Shown here piece by piece: positions 54,682 to 62,596 of a DNA stretch of 63,940 nucleotides. The stretch is taken from the NCBI GenBank assembly GCA_964392615.1, contig CAYMRB010000003.1, positions 1 through 63,940 of the forward strand. Direction: 5' to 3'. Each line of letters starts with the position of its first letter. Position 1 is the stretch's first letter. The stretch comes from an uncultured Planctomycetia bacterium (GTDB lineage Bacteria > Planctomycetota > UBA8108). Under the pieces are notes generated by a model. The model was given only the letters and a program-made list of their open reading frames with translations. It did no database searches and was not told the DNA's origin. Position numbers and translations under genes: made by a program.

Positions 54682-54734
54682 TTGTGTATCGTAAGGTGAG
54701 GTAGTGAAGAGCGGCCACGCAGCAGGAGGTCGTC

Positions 54735-56249
54735 GTGCGCATTCTCTTGATCAACGCCCCGCATCCCTCCATCGGCAGTCGGATACCGGATGAACATCTG
54801 CCTCCGCTGGGCTTGTTGGCGGTAGGCGGCCCGTTGCTTGATGCTGGCCACGACGTGCAACTGCTCGACGCGGAGTTCGGTCCCATGTCCAGCGCGGATA
54901 TCGTGGCTGGCGCGGTTGCATTCGTTCCCGATGCGCTCTTCTTGGGACACTCCGGCTCCAGTTCGGCGCACCCGGTCATCTCGGCGCTCACCCGTGCTCT
55001 GAGAAGAGCGTTGCCGAATGCCTGGATCGTCTACGGCGGCGTGTATCCGACCTTCAGTTGGGAGCGAATTCTCGCCGAGGAGCCGCAGGTGGACGTCATC
55101 GTACGCGGCGAGGGTGAGGTCATCGCTGTGCGCTTGGCCGAAGCCTTGGTCGCGGAGAGTGGGCTGGACGAGGTGCGGGGAATCGCCTTGCGGCGGGGAG
55201 GGGTTCCCTTCGCCACGCCGCCGGCGGCAGTCGTGTCGGATCTCGACGCCTGCCGCGTGGGCTGGGAGCTCATCGATCACCGGCGCTACAGTTATTGGGG
55301 GGACCGCCGCGCGGTGGTCGTGCAATTCTCGCGCGGATGCCCGCATGCATGCAGCTACTGCGGGCAGCGTCTGTTTTGGCAACGGTGGCGACACCGCGAT
55401 CCGACGGCCTTCGCAGCCGAAATCGCCCGCCTCTATCGTGATCACGGCGTCGAGGTCTTCAATCTCGCCGATGAGAACCCGACGGCTTCGCGGTCGGCTT
55501 GGCTGGCCTTCATGCGAGCTCTGATCGCGGAGGACGTGCCGGTGACGCTGGTCGCGTCAACGCGGGCGGACGACATCGTCCGAGACGCAGACGTGTTGCA
55601 TCTCTACAAGCAGGCTGGCGTGGCGCGATTCCTGCTCGGTATCGAACAAGTCGACGAGCGGGCGCTCCGCAAGATTCGCAAGGGGAGCTCCACCGCCAAA
55701 GACCGGGAGGCCATCCGCCTCCTCCGGCAACACGACATCCTCTCCATGGCGGCCTTCGTCGTCGGTTTCGAGGAGGAGAGGGATGCCGACTACTGGCGAG
55801 CCTTGCGAATGCTGCTGTCCTACGACCCGGACCAGATTCAGATGGTGTATGCGAGTCCGCATCACTGGACCCCCATCGCCAAGGACGAAGCCGAGCGGAC
55901 CGTCATCCAGAGGGATCTGCGCAAGTGGGACTACAAGCACCAAGTGCTCGCCACGCGGCACGTGCCGCCGTGGCGGGTGTTGTTGTGGGTGAAGTTCATC
56001 GAGACCGTCATGCAGGTCCGGCCGCGCTCCCTGATTCGCCTGTGGACCCACCCTGACAAGGCCATTCGGGCGTCCATTCGCTGGTATTACCGAATCGGCC
56101 GCCGGGTCTGGTCCTACGAGATCCGACAGTTCATTCTCAACGACCAACGGCTCCGGCACGGCCCTTCTCTGCGGCAGTTTCACGGCTCCCTGGAGGCGTT
56201 TCCCGCCGGGGTCCCAGGTGGCCGTCCACCGATCCGGCAGCATCGGTAG
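54735..56249 (+). CDS. B12-binding domain radical SAM enzyme (BchE/P-methylase-like class B)
   Basis: GTG 54735 with AGGAGG (54724-54729) 5 nt upstream. N-terminal cobalamin-binding-like Rossmann region (RILLINAP, LGLLAVGG). CxxxCxxC motif CPHACSYC at 55338-55361. Confidence 0.85.
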   Translation: MRILLINAPHPSIGSRIPDEHLPPLGLLAVGGPLLDAGHDVQLLDAEFGPMSSADIVAGAVAFVPDALFLGHSGSSSAHPVISALTRALRRALPNAWIVYGGVYPTFSWERILAEEPQVDVIVRGEGEVIAVRLAEALVAESGLDEVRGIALRRGGVPFATPPAAVVSDLDACRVGWELIDHRRYSYWGDRRAVVVQFSRGCPHACSYCGQRLFWQRWRHRDPTAFAAEIARLYRDHGVEVFNLADENPTASRSAWLAFMRALIAEDVPVTLVASTRADDIVRDADVLHLYKQAGVARFLLGIEQVDERALRKIRKGSSTAKDREAIRLLRQHDILSMAAFVVGFEEERDADYWRALRMLLSYDPDQIQMVYASPHHWTPIAKDEAERTVIQRDLRKWDYKHQVLATRHVPPWRVLLWVKFIETVMQVRPRSLIRLWTHPDKAIRASIRWYYRIGRRVWSYEIRQFILNDQRLRHGPSLRQFHGSLEAFPAGVPGGRPPIRQHR

Positions 56250-56414
56250 TCCGCCGAGGCCTTACGGTCGGGCAGGTCCACGAGGAGTTCGATTTGTACG
56301 CGCCCGTGGAATGCGCGTAGAACCCGCGTAGAATATGCGCACAGCCATCCACCACCCGATGAGCTGCCACGCTTGGCCGACCCTCGAATTACACGTCACG
56401 GGAGGACACGGCGG

Positions 56415-57401
56415 ATGGAGCATCGCATCGACCGAAGAGACTTCGCAAGGCGTTCATCGATGACCGTCGCCGGCCTCCTGGCAGGGTCGATACCCGGCGG
56501 TGGCTCTTCTGTCGGCGAAGAGCAGAACAAGTCGAGAGGCGCCATCGCCGAGAAGCGCCTCGTGCTGCTGGGGCTCAATGGACTGGCTCGGGCGCCGGAA
56601 CTGAACTACTTCGCGGACGGGCATCGCGGCGCGAGCATGATCGCCGCGCACCTGGAGTGCGTCGACAACGATTTTGACGATCGAGCCACGTCGCGCATAG
56701 TGGAGCTGTTCGACCTCAACTGGGCTTCGTCGAAGCTGTGCAAGCCCTTCCCGGAAGAGGATCCGGCGCCGGAGCGGGTCCGCGAGATCGGAGCCGCCTT
56801 GGCCAAGGGGAGCGGCGTTCTTCGACAAGTCGGCCACGATGCGATATTCGCCATGCACGCGATCAAGGCGTTTCGCATGATGCCCGCCGCGGCGACTCCG
56901 AAGCGGATCGACGGCGTGTGCCGCTTGATCGGCTCCTTCAAGCCTTGGCGCGACGTCGAACCGGACCCCGAGGTGGATCCTCCGCCGTTCAAGGACACTG
57001 CAGCCCTGTCGAAGTACGTCTTGCGCGAGGCGAGTGCATCGCTCGATCGGTGGATCGGCTTCGGCCAAGGGTTCACGGGGCACATGCTGACCTTCGGCCA
57101 GGCGATCGCCGAGCTGGCGGCGATGGGCGATGAGGAGTGGGCCGAGAGTTGCCGAACGGCCTTTCGCAAGTACGTCACGGTGACCCGTCAAGGTCCGGAT
57201 CCGGATGGCAAACGCTACACGGACCGCAAGCCCAGCAAGCTGCGACCGAGCGATGCAGAGTACTGGCAGAAGCGAGGTAAGAAGACCCTGGGCCTTGGTC
57301 ACGTGTTCAAGTACTCGTACAGCTACTACGACCTGCTCCGCCGAGCCGGCGACAAGGAGCTGCGGCAGTCGCTCGACGTCAAGGCGTATCACCTGTTCTG
57401 A
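56415..57401 (+). CDS. Tat-signal hypothetical protein (328 aa)
   Basis: ORF 56373..57401 trimmed to ATG 56415, with GGAGGA at 56401-56406. Twin-arginine signal RRDFARRSSMTVAGLLAG. No family recognised. Confidence 0.65.
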   Translation: MEHRIDRRDFARRSSMTVAGLLAGSIPGGGSSVGEEQNKSRGAIAEKRLVLLGLNGLARAPELNYFADGHRGASMIAAHLECVDNDFDDRATSRIVELFDLNWASSKLCKPFPEEDPAPERVREIGAALAKGSGVLRQVGHDAIFAMHAIKAFRMMPAAATPKRIDGVCRLIGSFKPWRDVEPDPEVDPPPFKDTAALSKYVLREASASLDRWIGFGQGFTGHMLTFGQAIAELAAMGDEEWAESCRTAFRKYVTVTRQGPDPDGKRYTDRKPSKLRPSDAEYWQKRGKKTLGLGHVFKYSYSYYDLLRRAGDKELRQSLDVKAYHLF

Positions 57402-57507
57402 GACGATCGTGTCGGTCGAGGGATCGTCCCGGCCGCCGTTGAAACGAAGGAGGCGACTCCGACAGCTGGCGTTTCGGTGCGGAGATCAACCGAGCGGAGG
57501 GTACGCC

Positions 57508-57729
57508 GTGAGCAGATCGAGCCGTAGAAAAGCGGGCAGTGGGAATCTCGTCACGCGGATCGCCATGCTGGTCGGACTGTTGTTCGCCATCGCCGGCTGC
57601 TACTCGGTCGAGGCCCTGCCAGAGGATCCGAAGCGGACCGGCATCTACGCGATCATGTACAACCGGTTCACCGGGACGTCGTGGGCGCTGGGCCACCGCG
57701 CGATGTGGTATCGAATCGAGACGGAGTGA
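57508..57729 (+). CDS. Small lipoprotein (73 aa)
   Basis: GGAGG (57496-57500) lies 7 nt upstream of GTG 57508. Lipobox LFAIAGC. Confidence 0.6.
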   Translation: MSRSSRRKAGSGNLVTRIAMLVGLLFAIAGCYSVEALPEDPKRTGIYAIMYNRFTGTSWALGHRAMWYRIETE

Positions 57730-57730
57730 C

Positions 57731-58438
57731 ATGCCTCAGTTCGTCGCCCTCGTCGCCCTCGCGTTCGGTTTGCCCCTGGCCTTGCTGCTCGCAGGGGCAA
57801 GTTGGCGCTGGCTTGCCCTCGGGGCCGTAGCCTGGGCCGCAGCCGTTCTCCTGAAAGCTGTTCTCGGTATCGGCGTGGACGCTCTCTCGCGACGTCTACT
57901 GACTGCGAGGCGCTCGCAGGCGGCGGTGTGGGGCTTCTGGTCAGCCGTGTGCGAGCTGGGCGTGGCCACCGCCGTCGTTATCGCAGGCGACGTGACACGG
58001 GTAGCAGATGTCGTAGCGCTTGGTGTTGGCGCCGGCGCCGTTGAGGTCGTTTTCGTCGTCGCCTCCGCAGTGCTCTCGCCCCAGAAGGCACCTCTCGCGT
58101 CTCCCGGCGAGTCGAGCAGTGCGCAGCACGGCCTACAATCCGACTGGGTCGTGGAATGGAACGGTGTCCTTGAGCGGTTCTCGACGATGTGCGGTCACGT
58201 TGGCTCGCGCGGTCTCGTCTGGTTGGGAGTGCAGGCGTGGGTCTATGCCCCGGCACTGCTCCTATCTGTCGCAACGTTTGCGTTGGTCGACGGCGTTGCC
58301 ACCTTCGGAGTTCGCGCCAACTGGAACTGGTCCGACCCAGGCGTCGCACGCAGGTTCCAGTCTTTCCTGGTCGTGGTTGGCGCTTTCGAACTCGCCGTTT
58401 TCGCGGCCGGCACACTGGCGATCCAGGCGAACTGGTGA
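57731..58438 (+). CDS. Polytopic membrane protein (235 aa)
   Basis: ATG 57731 lies 1 nt after the lipoprotein stop. About six hydrophobic helices. A weak resemblance to YhfC-type intramembrane proteases (ER...H segment GVLERFSTMCGH) is speculative. Confidence 0.6.
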   Translation: MPQFVALVALAFGLPLALLLAGASWRWLALGAVAWAAAVLLKAVLGIGVDALSRRLLTARRSQAAVWGFWSAVCELGVATAVVIAGDVTRVADVVALGVGAGAVEVVFVVASAVLSPQKAPLASPGESSSAQHGLQSDWVVEWNGVLERFSTMCGHVGSRGLVWLGVQAWVYAPALLLSVATFALVDGVATFGVRANWNWSDPGVARRFQSFLVVVGAFELAVFAAGTLAIQANW

Positions 58439-58509
58439 GGCGACTCGAGCTTCCCGCTCGGCGTATCGCCCTAGACAGCGGCTCGCTTGGAGAGCATTCG
58501 ATGAGCTCG

Positions 58510-61053
58510 TCAAGGGCTCTCCGCTTTCTCGACGACCTCGGTCAACCAGGTGCGAATCTCCTCGTTCGTCTCCCGGGCCATCGCGTCTCGCAGCACGTCC
58601 AGGGATTCGCTGGCGTGATAGCGCGAGAGGACGCTGAGGATGGCGGCCCTTCGCGCCAAGTTGCCCTCTGACTTCACCATTTCGCCGAGCTGGGCCACAC
58701 CCTCGGGACCGGCGCGCCCGATGGCACGGGCCAGGTGCCGCTGCGTTGCCTCGACATCCTCGCGGCCGAAGGCATCGGCGAGTTCGGGAAGGTGTTGGCT
58801 CGCACCGCGGTCCCCTATGACCTCTGCGGCGGCACCGCGTACGTTGCCATTCGCAGAATCACGGAGGAGGGACAGGCAGCGATCCGTGCCGGATGGGCCG
58901 GCCAGCTGCAGAGCCGTCTCCAGGAGAGACTGCGCAGAATTCTGATCGGGGCTCACCTCGAGGAGCTCGAACAGGCGCGTGGCGTGCTCCGGAGTTCCGT
59001 CGTCCACAATGCCGTCGGAGAGTAAGTAGAACCAATCTGGTGAGATCTTCCTGTCTGCGATGATATCCAGGAGCGTATCCACGCCTTCGCGGCCGCTGGT
59101 CTCACCGATGGCGCGCGCCAGGCGGTGCACCGTTGACCTGTCCTTGACGTGGGCCATGAGTTCCACCATGGTGGGCACGAGTTCCGGTCGCCTCGAATCG
59201 GCGAGGGCCTTGCCGAGGCTGTCCGGATCGATGCCCGCCTCGGGATTCGTGGCGAGATCGAGCAGGCGCTCGGCGCCTTCTCCGCCGCTCCGGACAAGAG
59301 CGCGAGCGAGGTGGGTGCGCACTTTCTGGCTGGACTCCCCGGCGATGGCGTCGATGACCATCTGGTTGTCCAGGGAGGCCCACTCGGCGACACCGGCGAC
59401 GGCGTCGGCGATCGTTTCCCGAGCCACGCCTTCGGGCGGTTCCGCGAGGAGGTCGAAGAGAATCGCGCCGCTGCCGGAGGTGCGGGCGATCGCGCGGAGG
59501 ATCGCCCCTTCCGTCTCTCGGGTCCAGGATCCGCCGAGAAGCGAGAGCAACGCGCTCGTGTCCTCCGAAGTTCCGAGACCTTCGGCTCTCTCGATCAGGT
59601 ACTCGGGCCGGACGCGGCAAGCCGGGTCGTTCAAGAGTCCCATGAGATTCTGAAACGCCAGGGCCTTCGAGGTCTCGGCGACCAGGTCGCCGTATGCGTC
59701 GCAGAGAGTGGACTGGAGCTCGTTCGGAAGACGCTGCGTCATGAGTTCGTACAGCCCTGCCTGCGCCAGAGTCCGCGCCTCGGGCGACACCCCTTCCAGC
59801 GAGCGAATCGCCTCGCGACGCAAATCCATACTTGCCGTGCTGTCGGTGATATAGCCGAGCACCGCGTCCAGGGCTTCATCGCCACCGTAGCTGACGAGTT
59901 CTCGACACAGGTAGACCATGACGCCGCGCTGCTTGACCGAGGAGAGGAGCGGGAGAATACTCGTCGGATCCTCGCGAGCGAGCTCGCAGAGCGTCGCCAC
60001 GGCATCGCGGAATTCGGGATCCTCATCCCCCTTGGCCCCGTTGAGATACGCGACGATATCGGCCGCGCTCATGTCCTGGAACGGGTTCTCCTCTTCCGGC
60101 GGACCGTCTCGGTCGCCGCCGGGCCCCGGCTTGCGGCGAGCCGTCGGGGCGCCTGCCTTCGAAGCTCGCGGCCCGGACTCGGCGGCACTGGCGAACTCCT
60201 GGAGGCGGGCGCGGGCCTCTCGAAGTTCTTCTCGCAGTCGACTGATTTCCTTCCTGTCTCGCGTGTTCGAAGGAGAGGGCGAGCGCACGAGGCCAACCCC
60301 CACCCCCGCAACAATCACGGTGGCCGCGGCCACGGTAAGAAGGGCCTTCTTTGTCATGACAATGGCTCCAATCCAGCCCGCGAGTCCTAACGTCGTAGCT
60401 GTGAACCCTGTACTTGTAGTTGCAACCGCCGTACTCGCCGCCCCACAACTCCCTGCCGTGGACGAAGAGAGCACCTCCACGGGCAGAACGTGGTCTACGC
60501 ACGTGAGGGGTGCGATGGCCAGGTGCCATGCTCGACGGTCTCCTCCATACCTCCGGTCGAGGCGACGCCTGAGCTGGTCGAGCGCGTTTCGCAGGCGTGC
60601 CCTCACGGTGGTCACGGGCGCATCGTGACGGCGTGCAATCTCTTTTGGAGCGAGACCCTCGAAGAACCGCAAGAGAATCGTCGATCGATAGGGCTCGTCG
60701 AGGTCGAGGACCATGTCGACGATTTCACGGTGAAGCTCGGCACGCTCGACGAGCTCGTCCGGTGTCGTGGAGGTCTTCTCCGGCCGTGCGGCCCGTCGTT
60801 CGCGGCGGTGGCGATCCTGGTCCCGCTTGCGGGCGCGGAAGGCGAAGTTGCGCAGCACCTTCCTCAGCCAGGGTTTCGAGGCTTCAGGGTTCCGAGGTTG
60901 GGTCCTGACCGCGGCCAGCCAGGTCTCCTGCAATATGTCGTTCGCTTGCGCCTCGTCGGTGACGAGGCGCAGGGCCAACCTCTTCATCCAGCCGGCATGC
61001 CGGAGGAGTCGCTCGGGATGGAGGCGTTTCTCGTCGCTCTTCATGACAGGCAA
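58510..61053 (-). CDS. ECF-type sigma-70 factor fused to a transmembrane helix and a large HEAT-repeat domain (847 aa)
   Basis: Region 2 (DILQETWLAAV) and region 4 (LAPKEIARRHDAPVTTVRARLRNALDQLRRRL) lie within aa ~20-165. TM helix ALLTVAAATVIVAGVGVGLV (about 60286-60348). A coiled-coil segment follows, then ~550 aa of HEAT/PBS-lyase-like repeats. It is a single uninterrupted ORF. Confidence 0.75.
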   Translation of the reverse strand: MPVMKSDEKRLHPERLLRHAGWMKRLALRLVTDEAQANDILQETWLAAVRTQPRNPEASKPWLRKVLRNFAFRARKRDQDRHRRERRAARPEKTSTTPDELVERAELHREIVDMVLDLDEPYRSTILLRFFEGLAPKEIARRHDAPVTTVRARLRNALDQLRRRLDRRYGGDRRAWHLAIAPLTCVDHVLPVEVLSSSTAGSCGAASTAVATTSTGFTATTLGLAGWIGAIVMTKKALLTVAAATVIVAGVGVGLVRSPSPSNTRDRKEISRLREELREARARLQEFASAAESGPRASKAGAPTARRKPGPGGDRDGPPEEENPFQDMSAADIVAYLNGAKGDEDPEFRDAVATLCELAREDPTSILPLLSSVKQRGVMVYLCRELVSYGGDEALDAVLGYITDSTASMDLRREAIRSLEGVSPEARTLAQAGLYELMTQRLPNELQSTLCDAYGDLVAETSKALAFQNLMGLLNDPACRVRPEYLIERAEGLGTSEDTSALLSLLGGSWTRETEGAILRAIARTSGSGAILFDLLAEPPEGVARETIADAVAGVAEWASLDNQMVIDAIAGESSQKVRTHLARALVRSGGEGAERLLDLATNPEAGIDPDSLGKALADSRRPELVPTMVELMAHVKDRSTVHRLARAIGETSGREGVDTLLDIIADRKISPDWFYLLSDGIVDDGTPEHATRLFELLEVSPDQNSAQSLLETALQLAGPSGTDRCLSLLRDSANGNVRGAAAEVIGDRGASQHLPELADAFGREDVEATQRHLARAIGRAGPEGVAQLGEMVKSEGNLARRAAILSVLSRYHASESLDVLRDAMARETNEEIRTWLTEVVEKAESP

Positions 61054-61333
61054 ATCACCTTCTCTATCTCAGATGATCGCGCCACGCGTCAAAACGACGA
61101 AGGAAAGATGTGAGCGTCACGGAAACGGAACTCACAGAGCCTCCGGCCGTCACGGGGACGGGGGCGCAATCGTCAGTCAATCCACGCCAAGGTAGGAAGG
61201 ATCGTCGAATCCTCGGGCTGCGGAGGCGCGATGGATCGGCGAGCGCCCTTGGCGAAGCTCCGAGCATGAAACTCGCGAACGTCGTGAGCGGCGTCCAGTG
61301 GTGCCTTGCCACGCAGCGGCAGCACCCGAGCCG

Positions 61334-62269
61334 CTACGCGCAGGGACCGGTTGTCGAACACGGTAGCTCGTCTGCGGTCGGATCCGGCCCACACGACAGG
61401 AACGGCGCTGCCGGCGGCAGGCCCGTCAGGAACAGGAACTGAAGGACGCCGACCGCGTCCGTCAGATCGACCACGCCGCTGTCGTCGGTATCAGCGGAGT
61501 CGAGACACGGCGGCGGCTCTTCGCCGAGGAACAGAACGGCGAGCACGTGAACGGCGTCGCTGACGTCGAATGCGCCATCGTCGTTCGCGTCGCCGCGCTG
61601 GAAGACAGGACGCAGCGTGATGCTCGCGGCGACATGTCCCCAATCGCAGCCGTCTTGGCCGCGGGCGTTGGCGCGGAAGCGAATGACATCACCGCGCAGC
61701 ACGGGGATGTCTTCGAACTCGAACGTGCGAATCTGCGCATACGTCGTCGTCCCGACGAAGAGCGTGGACGTGTTGTGCCAGATCGTCCAGCCGATGCCGT
61801 TTCCCGGCGGCGGGCCGCCGCACGCCCGGGGATTCGGGTGTCCGTGGGCGACGCGCCCGGAGATCACCGCGCGGCCCGTAGCTGGCGCCGTCCACGTAAT
61901 GACGACGTCCGCGGGATTGGGGCGGCCGTTCCTCTCGACGTTCGGGTGGACGAAGATCGCGTCCGCGGGTAGCTCGTGACGGACGCCGATCGAGTGCTCG
62001 GGAGCGTCTTCGACCGTGACGTTGAGGAAGGAGTGGTAGTCGACGCCGTCGAATCCACGAGGATCGACCCACGCGCGAGCGACTCCGGGGACAATCAGGT
62101 CCCGAAAGTCGTCGTCGTTCGGCGCGGCGGCTTGGTAGCGCCACGGCGCTGGAAACTCCTCGGTGCTGAAGTCCGCACGCAGGTCCCACGATTGGGCTGA
62201 AACGAGGTTGGGAGCGGCCAGCGCCAGAACGAGATGAAGACGTGACATCACGCGCGGGGACCTCGACAT
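61334..62269 (-). CDS. Secreted protein with dockerin-like C-terminal module
   Basis: 311 aa. Signal peptide MSRLHLVLALAAPNLVSAQS (alternative start ATG 62248). Unrecognised beta-rich body. The C-terminal module is copy P4. Confidence 0.7.
   Translation of the reverse strand: MSRSPRVMSRLHLVLALAAPNLVSAQSWDLRADFSTEEFPAPWRYQAAAPNDDDFRDLIVPGVARAWVDPRGFDGVDYHSFLNVTVEDAPEHSIGVRHELPADAIFVHPNVERNGRPNPADVVITWTAPATGRAVISGRVAHGHPNPRACGGPPPGNGIGWTIWHNTSTLFVGTTTYAQIRTFEFEDIPVLRGDVIRFRANARGQDGCDWGHVAASITLRPVFQRGDANDDGAFDVSDAVHVLAVLFLGEEPPPCLDSADTDDSGVVDLTDAVGVLQFLFLTGLPPAAPFLSCGPDPTADELPCSTTGPCA
61337..61597 (-). other. Dockerin-like C-terminal module, copy P4
   Basis: RGDANDDGAFDVSDAVHVLAVLFLGEEPPPCLDSADTDDSGVVDLTDAVGVLQFLFLTGLPPAAPFLSCGPDPTADELPCSTTGPCA. 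Confidence 0.7.
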
Positions 62270-62490
62270 CGGAATTCCCTCGGCTCAGAAGGGCGGCTTG
62301 TCCGAAGTGTGAACGCGGGAGGCTACGAGAATCGTGAGCATGCTGCCACCATCGTTCGACTTCGCGAACTGCATCGATCGTAGCGCTTCGCTTGACCAGG
62401 CCGCAAGCGGTGGCCAGTGCTGTCTCTTGGATCGGCGCTTTGTTCTCGGGCCGCGAGGTTTCCGCATCGTGCACCAGCCCCGAGACGGGG

Positions 62491-62514
62491 AGTGACATCG
62501 CGGGCGCGGTCGGG
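62491..62514 (+). promoter_or_regulatory. Conserved element copy I (3' part diverged)
   Basis: AGTGACATCGCGGGCGCGGTCGGG followed by CTTGCG instead of CAGGAT. GTGACA at 62492-62497. It lies about 80 nt upstream of ATG 62597. Confidence 0.4.
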
Positions 62515-62596
62515 CTTGCGTCTTCGGTGGAGTCTGCTGACTGCGTGTGGCATCATCGCGAGTAGTCAGTTGCTTCCTCCCTAGAGCCGAGCGGCC

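Noticed and set aside
54195-54734. Cobalamin riboswitch upstream of the B12-dependent radical SAM gene.
   Set aside because: I could not find a B12-box-like core or the conserved riboswitch junction sequences by eye. It should still be scanned with an Rfam covariance model.
61054-61333. Possible link between the fused ECF sigma and the 31-nt element. CCGTGAC occurs twice on the coding strand upstream of the ECF gene (reverse complement of about 61108-61160), and one copy is followed after 15 nt by CGTC.
   Set aside because: The similarity to the element is limited to 7-9 nt. The element's own geometry (17-nt spacer, xAxxAT) fits a housekeeping-type promoter better than an ECF-type promoter (AAC...CGT). 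Without a motif search across the genome this is numerology. It is recorded only as a testable idea.
62241-62262. Extra plus-strand match CGTGACATCACGCGCGGGGACC, resembling the 5' half of the element.
   Set aside because: It is the reverse complement of the start of the minus-strand gene (ATG TCA CGT..., Met-Ser-Arg of the signal peptide MSRLHL). Only the first 9 nt match, so it is most likely coincidental.
17830-62514. CRISPR-like interpretation of the recurring ~31-nt repeat.
   Set aside because: Spacing is irregular, from 0.4 to over 20 kb. The intervening sequences are ordinary genes. There is no cas gene and no leader. The copies diverge at several positions.
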